DNA from: Ophelia neglecta
Taxonomy: Eukaryota
Length of the DNA: 64,000 nt
Assembly: GCA_965285935.1 (NCBI GenBank)
Contig: OZ260667.1
Coordinates: 26,226,001-26,290,000 of the forward strand
Direction of reading: 5' to 3'
Positions 15,001 to 25,752 of the stretch are shown piece by piece. The translations under genes and the position numbers were made by a program. Every line of letters starts with the position of its first letter. Positions within the stretch are counted from its first letter, which is position 1. The notes under the pieces were generated by a model that ran no database searches, was not told the origin of the DNA, and was given only the letters and a program-made list of their open reading frames with translations.

Positions 15001-18000
15001 CAAAATGTTGCAGAAGAAGTCTTATTTAGTTTGTGGTCTAGAGAAGATCTAGTGTCAGAATTGAATAGGTCCTTGCAAGTTGGGTAATGTGCACTCATCT
15101 TCATTGCAATGTGTCTGTTTGGCATTAGGTCAATTAGATATAGAATCTGTTTGTAGTAGTAAAACCATGCTATGAGAAATCAGATGGATGTCTTAGGTAA
15201 TTTCATTATCTACCTGTTATTAATTACAGAGTAGATACTTTTAAATCGCTTGAACAGATCTTAGCAAATCGATATTCTCGATCTTCTAACTTTTGCGGAT
15301 TAATAGAATATGGAGACTTATATTCTGGTAATGATTTATTTGGCTAAACCTGGTTGAGTAAGCGTCAGGATTTGATAAAGGTACGAAGCGTTCACCAACT
15401 GACACTGACTTAAATGAAAAATTGTTTCATTTAAAAATTAAATATACATTTTAATACATTATAAAGTAAGGGCGAAATAAGCACTTTCGCATTTTACACA
15501 TCGCCAAAACAATAATATGCCAATTGTTTGTGCTCAAAACTTAAAACACTCACCTGTAATGGTGTTTGATTGGCTTCCACTGTAGTCATGTGATTCCATG
15601 CACATTTTCTGATTGGTTGATATCATGGTTACAGGGAGCCCTTTCCAGTACACGGTCGGTGGAAGTCCATCAGGAGGCACTCACAAGGTCGAAATCGGTG
15701 GCATCGGTCTGGAGAAAGGAGAGGTCGGAATAAAGAGTAAGTGTGACAAAGTTGGTACAATCGCAATTTCATACATAATTGCAAAAGAATTTACTAGATC
15801 TATCTTAAATAAGATAGATTTCAATCATTAGCATTGAATATGATTTCAAATATGATTTTATTCTAGACATGTTTAACATCTACACACGCGAGGCGGGACC
15901 AGGTTCCTTGGCCGTTTCAGTTGAGGGACCATCCAAGGCAGTTTTAGATGTTCAGGACCGCGGCAACGGCTATACCACCGTCGGGTACAAAGTTACTGAA
16001 GCGGGTAAGTGTTGCAGACAACAAGGAACTCCGTTTATGTTCCGTTCAGCTCTCCAGACCGTGAATTGTCTACAAGAAATTATAAGAAGTAATCATATAT
16101 ATATATATGTGGCATATGATAGCAACATTGTTATCAAGTGCCCAAACCATGTGGTCACGTGTTTAAATAAACTAAAGCTGTACTGTTTTAAAGCTGTTTT
16201 TAAAGATTTGTTTTTGATTTTGTTTCAGGCGATTACGGTATTCACGTGAAGTATGATGATGCTCACGTCCCTGACTCCCCCCAAATGGTCTACATCACCC
16301 CCGAATCAGCTGACGCCAAGAAATGTTGCATCAGTGGATTCCGCGATAGGGGTTTGGAGGTAAAACTTGAATAATTACGGTTAAAGTTAAAACTTGAATA
16401 ATTACGGTTAAAGTTACAGATAATTTTCCCTATTTGTCCAGCCTCAACTGTAACAACGGACAAAATTATCTACATGGTTTTCTAAAGATCGAACAAACGA
16501 AACAAGTTGACAATTATGTATGCAACGATGATTATGCCTCAGTGGTATTATTTGATATTGTCATTGTTTTAACAGGTTGGAAAGATGGCCAACATGAACG
16601 TAGAGTTGAACGGCGCCAAAGGCGAGATAAAGGCCCATCTAGATACTCCGTCTAGCTCGGAGATTGATGTGTTTGTCCAGGAGTTGGATTCCGATCTCAC
16701 TAGGTAAATCATTATCGGTATAAGAACAAAACGCATTGCACTTGTACTTGGATTACGAAGCAGTTCAATGAATTTTTAGAATGAACCATGGGAAAAAATT
16801 GTATTATTAACAAGACGGAAAAATGAATAATAACAATATTAATATATTTATAATTGATTAAGAGTTTCAATAATAATTATTATGTGGTAATGTAAGCAAG
16901 GAATATGGTATATCTCGATACGCCCCATCGTTGGTCCTTGAAGGTTTTTTTTCTTTTATTTTATAGTTTGCGTTTCGTACCCAAGGAGAATGGAGTCTAT
17001 TACATGCACATCAAGCTGAAGGAGGCCCACATCCCGGGCAGCCCTTTCGCCATGCTGGTCGGCAAGATACACGCGGACGTCGCCTTGGTAACGGCTAAGG
17101 GAGATGGCTTGAGTACAGCAACATCTGGTGCGAAAAATGGCTGAGTTGATGTCTGAGTCTGATATAAGCTATTCTAACTGTTAAGAGAAAGAGAGAGCAC
17201 ACTCATTCGCAGAATTATTTCTCTGCCTTGCATTTATTTCAATACCCCGTTCAATATAAGCAACTTTTCAGAAGCAATGTTTTCCTATTTCACGGAGATA
17301 TTACAACATGATTCGAACACTTGTAATTTATAAATAACGGCACATTTTTTATATTGGGTGAATAAATGAATAATGTTCTATCGATGTGGAACCATTATTT
17401 ATTTTCTCAGGCTGAAGGACATAGGCAATAACATTATTTTTCAATTTGTAGGCAAATCTGCCAAGTTCACTGTGGTTACAACCAATTCTGGAGAAGGAAC
17501 GCTGTGTGTTAACTTTGAGGGACCTTCAAAGTGTGCCATCGTCTGCAACGAGGTAGATGAAGGCTATGAGTTCACTTGGACCCCAATGGCCCCAGGAGAA
17601 TACCTCATTAACATCAAATACAGCAACGTCACTATCGCTGGATGCCCAACCAAAGCAGTAGTGGATGGTAGGTCATATTTACATCAAAGATTTGTGAAGA
17701 AGGTACCTGTATACCTAACAATAGGATTGATAAAAGATTGAAAATACAATAGCAATGACAAATATAAAAAAACACTTCTTTCGTCCACCACGGATGTGCT
17801 GTATTCAATCTTTCGATTGTCCTTTGTGTCCATAGCTGGATTTATTTGAAGATACTCTCGGTGATCGAGTATATAAAAGGGTTTTTTCTTCTGTCTTCTT
17901 CTAGGTAAGGGTAAGCCTTCCCAGTTCCGTGAAACCTCTACTCTGGCGGTGGAGACTGTGGCCAAGAAACCTGGTGCCCCTCCTGCCAAGAAGTTCCTTG

Positions 18001-18530
18001 GAGACGCCTCCAAGGTCATTATTAAGGGTCCTGGTCTGAAGAGCTGCTTCGCTGGCCGCCCGGCCACATTCACTGTGGACGTAAAGGACGCCGGTAAGTC
18101 ATCAAATATGTCTTGGGAAAAGGTGGGCCAAGGAAAAAATCCGGGGTTATTTAAGAAACAGGAAAGTACGAAATAGCTTCGTTATCTAAGCATACATCCT
18201 TATATGAAACTGTTCAAACTACATGTACGTTGGAGCAGGGCCTGGTTCCATACACAGGTATACCGCATCCCCGATGATTCAATCTCGAGATGGCTCCATC
18301 ATACCAAATTAGACTAACCTTTCCACATTGTATTTCAAGGAAACGGTCTCCTGATGGTCGGTCTGATTGACCCGAAGGGTAATCCAGTAGACGAGTGCTC
18401 TTACAAAAAAATGAGAGGCACCTGCTACCAGTGCACATACAGAACTTCGGCCAAGGGTGAAAACCTGCTGACGGTACGATGGGGTAACGAGGATGTTCCC
18501 GGCAGTCCTTTCCACATTTTACTCAAGTAA
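5895..18530 (+). CDS. Short filamin-like protein (second half of Ig16 through Ig24 in FLNA numbering), 16 coding exons, about 825 aa
   Basis: Manually spliced exons 5895-6018, 7642-7755, 8123-8293, 11843-12001, 12144-12253, 12500-12749, 13335-13463, 13817-13981, 15635-15736, 15867-16004, 16229-16359, 16576-16703, 16967-17127, 17452-17667, 17905-18093, 18340-18530. All introns are GT-AG with compatible phases and sum to 2478 nt of open frame. Filamin motifs recur (AYGPGL, EGPSK, GSPF, EEPCLLK, TSPSGK, TREAG, RFVPKENGVY, TPMAPGEY, DASKV, VRWGNEDVPGSPF-end). Confidence 0.95.
6104..6385. repeat. Degenerate minisatellite, about 36-bp unit with palindromic CCATGGATCCATGG core
   Basis: Repeated atatatcaaacgactcagat...ccatggatcca units in the first filamin coding intron. 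Confidence 0.85.
7642..7755 (+). CDS. Filamin exon (TPFRCVVDSKGSGYITAYGPGL...)
   Basis: tttcag acceptor, G|gttagt donor, AYGPGL motif. Confidence 0.92.
8123..8293 (+). CDS. Filamin exon (Ig17-like: DGPSK...PGEYSVSIK...HGSPFSVKVS)
   Basis: aaacag acceptor, G|gtaagt donor, filamin motifs. Confidence 0.92.
9575..9753. mobile_element. Tc1/mariner (pogo/Tigger-like) MITE in a filamin intron
   Basis: Terminal inverted repeats CAGTGAAACCTGT ... ACAGGTTCCACTG (12 of 13 match), TA on both sides as target-site duplication, 179 bp, non-coding. Confidence 0.75.
10792..10842 (+). repeat. CT-rich tract upstream of the microexon acceptor
   Basis: Nearly pure pyrimidine (TC)n-like run. Confidence 0.8.
10875..10880 (+). 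CDS. Candidate 6-nt alternative microexon (CTGGAG) adding Ala-Gly
   Basis: Long CT-rich tract, then ttttcttcctctccag|CTGGAG|gtaagt. Phase 1-1 matches the flanking exons and preserves frame. Confidence 0.7.
11843..12001 (+). CDS. Filamin exon (Ig18-like N half: EGRKRSQVS...EEPCLLKKMPDGKL)
   Basis: gatag acceptor, G|gttagt donor. Confidence 0.93.
12144..12253 (+). CDS. Filamin exon (MACFQPKSSG...SGSPFKVAVGDRE)
   Basis: Poly-T tract plus tag acceptor, GAG|gtaact donor. Confidence 0.92.
12500..12749 (+). CDS. Filamin exon (Ig19-like)
   Basis: tttgcag acceptor, G|gtaggt donor; encodes EAGLGALAVSVEGPH...EPGVYMINVRFGDDH. Confidence 0.93.
13335..13463 (+). CDS. Filamin exon (Ig20-like N part: GRVRETVTK...GSKCEF)
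   Basis: ctctag acceptor, G|gtaggt donor. Confidence 0.92.
13817..13981 (+). CDS. Filamin exon (DMEAALTSPSGKTELCEI...GVHTVSLKYKGLHIS)
   Basis: caatag acceptor, G|gtatga donor. Absent from the ORF track but clearly filamin. Confidence 0.93.
15635..15736 (+). CDS. Filamin exon (SPFQYTVG...GGTHKVEIGGIGLEKGE)
   Basis: ttacag acceptor, A|gtaagt donor. Confidence 0.93.
15867..16004 (+). CDS. Filamin exon (Ig21-like: FNIYTREAGPGSLAVSVEGPSKA)
   Basis: ttctag acceptor, G|gtaagt donor. Confidence 0.94.
16229..16359 (+). CDS. Filamin exon (DYGIHVKYDDAHVPDSP...)
   Basis: tttcag acceptor, GAG|gtaaaa donor. Confidence 0.92.
16361..16415. repeat. Exact 27-bp tandem duplication at an intron start
   Basis: taaaacttgaataattacggttaaagt present twice. 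Confidence 0.9.
16576..16703 (+). CDS. Filamin exon (Ig22-like: LNGAKGEIKAHLDTPS)
   Basis: taacag acceptor, AG|gtaaat donor (phase 2). Confidence 0.92.
16967..17127 (+). CDS. Filamin exon (LRFVPKENGVYY...HIPGSPF)
   Basis: ttatag acceptor, G|gtgcga donor. Confidence 0.92.
17452..17667 (+). CDS. Filamin exon (Ig23-like: EGPSK...TPMAPGEYLINIKY)
   Basis: ttgtag acceptor, G|gtaggt donor. Confidence 0.93.
17905..18093 (+). CDS. Filamin exon (hinge-2 region and start of Ig24: ETSTLAVETV...GDASKVIIKGPGL)
   Basis: ttctag acceptor, G|gtaagt donor. Confidence 0.93.
18340..18530 (+). CDS. Filamin terminal coding exon (Ig24 dimerisation-type repeat, ...VRWGNEDVPGSPFHILLK*)
   Basis: actaac branch-point-like motif, tttcaag acceptor, TAA at 18528-18530. 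Confidence 0.92.
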
Positions 18531-18913
18531 AGTGCGTCTCTCCAGAAGGATACACCACAATCACTGCCATATAGCCTTCTTATTCCGCCCTCTTACTCCT
18601 CAACTAAAAACATCCCGCCACGAGTTGATACAATCGCATGGCAGTGCCACTGTGACTGTCCTAACGACCGAAGCCATTATAACTGCTGAAACAACGGGAT
18701 GTCTGCTTCGTTGCGTTTAACGTTTTGTTGCTGATAGCTGATTTACCTTCTCAAGTTAATGAAAAGCTTTAATTTGAGAATATACACTTTCCCGAATCAA
18801 GTGAAACCGAAGTTCATAGAAGTAGTATCCTAGTCCGACTACTACTACGACCATCATCCTCATCTGTGATCACGGTAGTAGTTAAGGGATTTAGAGGAGC
18901 AAAAAATAACACT

Positions 18914-19026
18914 GCTAGTAGTGTGAACTACAGTTGGACCAAACTGCAACGCAGGTACAGCATTCGAGGACGAGATGCTGTGCTTGCGTTGTAGTATTGG
19001 CTTAACGAGGCATTTGGACTACTAGT
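18914..19026 (+). other. Long RNA stem-loop in the filamin 3' UTR
   Basis: 18933-19006 folds into a stem of about 33 bp with several G-U pairs. An outer helix ctagtagt/actactag pairs 18915-18922 with 19018-19025. Confidence 0.6.
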
Positions 19027-19868
19027 CTAAGCTGAGACGTTTACAATTTACATCTGGCTAAAAGGTGTCTGAACTGAGAGCGTTTTGACAAAAATATCCA
19101 AAGTGTTTATTTCTGTATGGATTTGTAGTGATATTCGACCAACTGCAGGTTTGATATGAGAATCGATTTTAATTTTATATAGATACATCTACACGTTTCG
19201 TGGATGCATATTGGCAATAGAAAACACAAGGAGGCGACACCTTGTGTCAGCTTATAGAAGCTTCAAATGTAGTCCCTAAGGATGGTACATTTGTGAATTT
19301 TTTTGAACTTGTGCAATGCATTAGGGCCATAGATGCTTTATTAATTCAGTTTGGTATTTAAACAATTAACTTGTTCTAAGGTTTCTTTCACACTTTTAAT
19401 CCCCACGGATTTATGTCTGTGAAGTGCTTTCTGAATGTTGAATGCAATGTCTATGTTGCGGTCTTCGTTTAAACACTTGCGTTGGTCATATCCTTTTTAT
19501 ATGTGACACCAGGAGCTTAATTGGCCATATCCCTTTTATATGTGACATCATAAGCTTAATAACTTAGTGAGCATTTACTAGCTTTCACTTTGACCTTTAG
19601 TGGCAACCCCATTGATCGACTCCCTCCCCTCATGGCAGGTAATAGTTATGACTTCTAGGCTTTAAGAAGTCGGCTAAGCGTTTGGCAGTGGCAGTAGTAC
19701 CGTAGTTAGTGAGAACGAGACTAGGCATGCCTCCTTTTTGCGCACCTTACCTCGTTCTCGTAAGGTTTTCCACTTTGGGCAATAGCCTGTTGCACAAGTT
19801 GACCATATATTTAAGTTGACCATGTATTGAAGTTGCGTTCAGATGTATATACAGTATTGTCAAGTGTG

Positions 19869-19874
19869 AATAAA
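19869..19874 (+). terminator. Likely polyadenylation signal of the filamin gene
   Basis: AATAAA about 1.3 kb after the stop codon, followed by GT/T-rich sequence. Confidence 0.55.
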
Positions 19875-22800
19875 ACGGTGGATATTTCAACTGATTTACC
19901 GAACCGTGTTTCGTTGTTAAAGCCTTGTTAATGGTCCATGTCCTTGATTATGCTAGGTAGTATAAATAGTAGCCAACTAAGTAATCAATACAATTTTAAG
20001 AATTTGTTTGCTTTTCTGCAAGATATAAGGGTAAGTGTCCTAGTAGATTGTTTGTGAGAACGGCTAGATATGTTAGAGCAATATAGCATTCATAAACTAA
20101 CGGAAGTTAACGTTTCATTCGAAAACAATTAATAAACCATACTGTTTAATACATTTTTCTAGCTGTCTGTATCAATGTCTCAACTGTTCAAATAATGAAG
20201 GGACCTCTCCGTTATCATGGACGTTTAAAGATAGATAAACATCATCCTTATTATCGTTGGGAATTTGAATGACAATCTGCTGTGATTTCTCAATCAGAGC
20301 AAACTTAATTCATACATGACTATGAGTCAATGTTTGTGATGGGCAGAAAAGGTGCTCTCAAACGAGAAACATGCTATTCAAAGTTGCCTTAAAATAACTT
20401 TTGATGCCCACTTTTCAGTAACACACATACCAAGGACTGTAAATGTGCTCTTGTGGGAGACACTCGTTGGGCATTTTTGAAAAGGAAACACTTACTGTTA
20501 ACTGCTTGTATTTTGGTTCGTCGGATTAAATGTGTTTTTCCCGTTCATCCTGTATTTTCTGTTTCATATAATGCACAATAAATCAAGTGTCCCGAAAATA
20601 CCCTTATTCGTCTATACCAGACAATCTTCAAATGTCCTCATTGGTATTCCTCAAATGTTTTGGCACATGGTCAGGCTATCGAAAAAGGAATAAAATAAAA
20701 ACTTTTCGAAAAAGTTTTCCGGCCATCTACGTATATCTTACTATAAGTCTTAATGAAAGTGTGCCGGATAAATAGTATGCCATGGGTTTCATGATAACTC
20801 CGGATTAAGAAATTTGACGATACGTACATATTTTATACTTTCTGCAACCGGTACGTAAAATTAATAAGCTATTAATTGGAGGAGTGGATGACAGCTATTG
20901 CTTAGCAACCCAATTAATGAGATTTTGATATCGCAATCAATTTGCTAAGATGTCTGGTGTTTGCCCGATTAATCAGTGTGTTATTTTAAATGCCTTATGC
21001 ATTGTTTGAGATATCGATTTCCAATTATGTAAAATCCAAATTGCTGCTTTTCTGTTCAAGTGCCAAAACACATGAGCACAGGAATACAAATGAGCGCATC
21101 TGAAGATTGTCTGGTATTATATTATAGACATGGTCATACCAATTATAAGTTTATCTCTTAAACACCATATAAAGATATAAATTCCCACACAATACAAAAG
21201 TAACCTTGTTTTAATACTACTTGTTAATTATATACACACGTCCCCTTGCTAAAATAGAGGAAAGTATAAGAGCGAAAACTTTAAGCGTTGGCAGAGTTAA
21301 CAATAACTCTTCTATTGTTGATCAATTGATCACCCAACTTTGGTGCTACGATATAATAGTTTCATTACACTCTGCTAATATATCTTTTGAACATTAACTT
21401 TAGCTGATCCAATTTTTCCAAAATAGTAAAGGCCATTATTAGATCTTACTATTTACATAATTATAGGTTTGATTCGTAGTGTACCTCCCTTCTTTATTGA
21501 ATCAGTTAGGAAACTAAATTGGATTTCTTTTGGTTCGATCGTGAATGACGATAATTAGTGAGAGCAACAGAGCCGCGTGGTCCGCAGCCGAATCACTGTC
21601 CGATCCTTCCACACGGAGCTGCCGGACGGATAACATCGCTGTCTTAAACCCACAGGGAATCCAATTCAGTTAACTTTACCATTGTCCCCAAAACCTAGCT
21701 CGTTACGCCGTACACTGGCCAGTTCACCTAACCCAATTTCAAATGTAAGACATAGTTTTATGTCCGCAACTACGCGTTATCCCACATAATCCTTGGTAAA
21801 ATTGAAACCCTAACACGATGGAAGAAACGTTACTACTCAGTTAAAGAGGGCCAAGTAGGGCAGGGCGGACTGTGAAACAGTGATTAGACAATATGTTTGG
21901 TTGCAATCGGAGATGCTTCGGTTAAAAAAATTGCGGGCAGCAATATATAAATTGCTTTACGCCAAAGGGCTGAGACATGATTACAATGCACTGGGGATGT
22001 TTGCCCAATGTGTATAGCAGGTTTATTCAAAATTGATTGTAGGCAATGAACTAATGATTACTAAAAACCACTTTAATAAATCAGAAATGTAATTGGAAAC
22101 ATAAAGCAAAGAAGGGAAGGAATAGTTTCAATAATGATTTCAAGAGGTTGCGGCTTAAAGTTTAATAAAATATCCAGGTTGTTTTGCTGTTCGTTCAGAG
22201 ATAATAATACCCAGGAAAGACAGTACTTTCTCAGTTTCTGGTTATAATGCCGACTGGGTGTGGAACCAGGAGCATGGGATATACTCATTCACGCTCAAAA
22301 GTAAAGACTTTTAACTTTTTCTCTGACACATTATGTAATTCTACTGAAACTATATGGCAAACAATTGAACAAGAATGAGCGAATGTAATCTTGTTGCAAC
22401 CAGCACTAGTATTAATTGAGCCTCTGCCGCTAGCCATTGCCGGTTGCAGTAGAGACGTCAACACTTGATCAAACGGAGTTGGTTTATCCTCTGTCTCAGC
22501 TGTCACCCGCCTGCAGGCTTATTGGCAAATACCCGCGGGAGACACGATGATTGATTTTAATGGAAACAGTCTACCCGGCCAACACAAATATTATTGATTT
22601 GCGTGGCTATTGGAGTTGGCCCGAAACGGTGGTCGTTCCTGCTCACTGGAGCATGCAGAGCCCCAACTCGAACCCTCCAAATCCATGCGAAATTTGCTCC
22701 AATTGCTTCGACATTTAAGTGGGCTGAGCTCAAGTGTGGCGGTAGTACTGATACTTAATTCAGTGGAAACATGGAAGGAGGTAACCCTAACTTCCACCGG

Positions 22801-23969
22801 GGTGCAAAAAGGCAAACCGGACTATTAATCATTTTTGCATGCCCAAAGGCACAGTGTTGATCTTCCCAGGCTATGAATTTGACAAATATAGAGCTAAAGC
22901 CTTAGTCGTTTTTATGTAAAATTAATCAGTATGTATTACGATCAATAACAACACATTTCACATGCAAAATGAGATTATATTCTGTTATTTGATTGTGCGC
23001 CGTAACGGCAATGGCAAGGGAGATTACATGGTTGCTGTAACTCAACATCACAGTGCCTCATTTGTTGTTGGTAACGCGCGTTACCCTTATAATGGGCGTC
23101 GCACAAATGATGCTCAAAAATGTTTTCTGCCTTCTGGTGTATATGGCCAACTATGAAACTGGATATTTTCATCAAGCATGGCTAGGGTAATCCTACTTCA
23201 AGCAAACTAGTTTAACTAGAAAAACAAAGCAGTTGAAGGCGGGGTGGGTTACAGTAAATATCAAGGTATATAGGTAACGCATCGCATACTACTTCACCAC
23301 TTTACCTGATCATGGGTTTCGCGTTATCTATATACCTTGTTATTTTATGTGAGCCACTGTGAGTGACTTCAAACGCTTATTTTTCCAGTAACACTGATGG
23401 ACTTGAAACAGCATTAGCATAGGGTTACCTGCTTTGCTTCGAATAACCATTTCCACACGTGGCCATAAACACTTGAACAGTGATTGTATTTGTGATCACA
23501 ATTTGTGCGACGGCCATTTTTCCTACTGATAACTCGCGTTACCTTCATCCGATAATGCACTGTGGACATTTTATTGTCGAATCCCTTAAAGGTTTTATGC
23601 AGTACTCTATTCTCAAAGCTCAACTGTCGATACTTAAGAGTCTAACTTGAGCAGCACAACGGCCCCTTTTCATTGTTTGAATTCATTGACCGATATCGAG
23701 AGGACCAGCTGCCTGTCAAAACAGGGCTTAGTGTCCCTATCTCTGTGGTCGTATTTGGTCTAATCAACATGTTTAGCTTTGGTTAGGGTAACCCGGTTGC
23801 TTGTTTGTGGAAACTTGCCTTAAATTTACGGCTTGCTTCGTAAGGCTATCCATGGTTGATGTATGCATGATGTAAAATATGTATTAAACCTTCAGAAAAT
23901 TGTTCATGTGTATTACTGCATATGTATAATTCCTTCAGAGCTTTATGATAATGATAATAAAAGAATACA

Positions 23970-23975
23970 TTTATT
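23970..23975 (-). terminator. Candidate polyadenylation signal of the minus-strand gene (alternatives at 24079-24084 and 24585-24590)
   Basis: AATAAA on the minus strand downstream of the TGA; the site actually used cannot be determined. Confidence 0.3.
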
Positions 23976-24902
23976 GCAAATAGATGTCAACAATTCATGA
24001 ATGCTTTCAATTTCATGATGATTAATTAAATAGTGTAACATTATAATTAATTTTGAGTTATCAACATAATGATAACGCTTTATTATAAAGGTGAACGTGT
24101 ATCACGTTTTTATCCCGCACGATCGATAAGTGACTTTAAAAAGTAGTCAGAAGAAAACAACAAAGGAACTAACGCCTTATCCCCAGCCTACATCCATTAA
24201 TTTAAAAGGAGACAATGCAATATGATGAACAAATTTAAATGTGCAACACAATATTGTTTTTTTTTTAAATCAAAAGATACCCATCATGCGGGTATTTCAT
24301 ATTAAACTATGAAACAGCATATAAGTTTTTTTTTATGAATAAAAACACAAACACATATAACTGTACATATCATTGATGCAGACCAGATATCATAGCTATC
24401 AACAGCAATGTAAAGAGGTCCGCGGGGTAGACATTCCGGAAAAAAATGTCACTCGACTGTCTAAACATGACCTCCGTAGAGTGAATTTACACCTAGTTCC
24501 GTCTTCAGCCAAAATCTGAACAATGAACCGTAAACCGGAAGCCAACTTTACATTGCTGCTATAAACCGCAAACACAGACAGGTGTTTATTTTTAGACTCA
24601 CGCGAAATAGAACGTATTTTATAAGAAAGAAGGAACCTGCCCTTTAAGTAGGCTACATATAGATAGATGTTTTAATGTGTGTTAAGGCCTAGAATAAGCG
24701 CGAATCAAGGCATATTTGGCACAGGTGCAAGTGTTAAATAGCATATATGCATACAGGTGGGCTAAGGGCAAACTTAAGTGTGTTGGGTATGATAAGGCAT
24801 TTGACACTTGTGCCTGTGATGGTTTGACTTAAATGTAATGCAGATAAATGTACGAAATGGATATATCAGTAACTAAAAAGGAAATGCACTCGGAGTGTAC
24901 GG

Positions 24903-25467
24903 TCAGGAAAACTCTTTAAGGCACCAACTGGTCATTGTTAAAATGAACAGGGCAAATAAACGGTTGGACGGAAATAAGGCAAAGCCACTGAAATCGAACG
25001 AGAGCTCTAGATGTGCGCCCCACATTGTTAGAAGACGGTTATGCAAACCGCGGACCCCGCTGGAAGACGAATAATTACATGCTCCCATCTGTCCGTATAC
25101 TGCCAGTGTAAAATCAAGTAAAATGCCGTTAGGTGAGCCACATGAGCTGATGGCGATGTACCATTGACGGACCTTGTCCGACTTGATTATACGGCCTCCA
25201 TGACAATGGATCTGCCGCTCCCCATTTTGTGTTACATTGCTGGTACAGCCACTAGAAGGCTGGCTGGGCGATAAGGTGATGACTTGAGGCCCAAGTGGAT
25301 CCACCACGCTCTGTTTCTGAATACAGTTCATGCGCGCTCTCAAGAAATTCGTCTGCTCTTCCATGTATAAAATTAATTTGATGCAGCACCGTTGCTCAGG
25401 ATAGTGGATTTTGTAGTAAAACTTGGCACCGTTGGCACGCAGACGAAATTCACCAAGATAACCATAC
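24903..25467 (-). CDS. Constant terminal exon: TMEM145/GPR180-type luminal (GOLD-like) domain plus hydrophobic GPI-signal-like tail
   Basis: ctttccag acceptor before 25467. The motifs YPEQRCC-LILY, NCIQKQSVV, QVITLS, SGC, HCHGGR, RQWYIAISSC and GILLDF parallel TMEM145 motifs recalled from memory (YPEAKCC-ILLY, DCLAKESVI, QVINLT, SGC, SCSSGR, RWWYIALSKC, GLQLEY). TGA at 24905-24903. Confidence 0.85.
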
Positions 25468-25611
25468 CTGGAAAGATATATTATGATGATTCTATGTAAT
25501 ATCATCAGCATAAGAAGCGTTATAAGCGAAATAAGACGTAGACAATAATTATCTGGATTTCAAAATGGAACCGAGACTGAATATAAAATGTATGATTATA
25601 TGATATCTTAC

Positions 25612-25752
25612 CAATTTTTGGAGATATCAAGTCGACCACTGGCTTCACAGGGGCCGGGATGTTCATATTCGTTTTCTGGACTCGCCTGAGAGTCGTCCCC
25701 GCCCAATGGGTCTGTCCCATTTACGATAAAGGTACATTGGTCTACGTGGGCA
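25612..25752 (-). CDS. Constant middle exon (AHVDQCTFIVNGTDPLGGDDSQASPENEYEHPGPCEASGRLDISKN-W)
   Basis: ccatttcag acceptor, TG|gtaagat donor, 141 nt, phase 2-2. Joins the terminal exon in frame (KNW|YGYLGEF), resembling TMEM145 G.L.SKEDWVFL. Confidence 0.85.

Noticed and set aside
17901-17916. AG|GTAAG at exon starts (also 8123, 11843, 12144), suggesting recursive splice sites
   Set aside because: Explained by phase-1 introns splitting Gly codons (G|GT), and most of these introns are short.
18531-18690. Open frame after the filamin TAA (possible read-through)
   Set aside because: TAA-A is a poor read-through context and the extension has no recognisable features.
20244-20282. ILIIVGNLNDNLL resembling the endonuclease IIxGDFN motif
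   Set aside because: Too short and degraded to support a mobile-element call.
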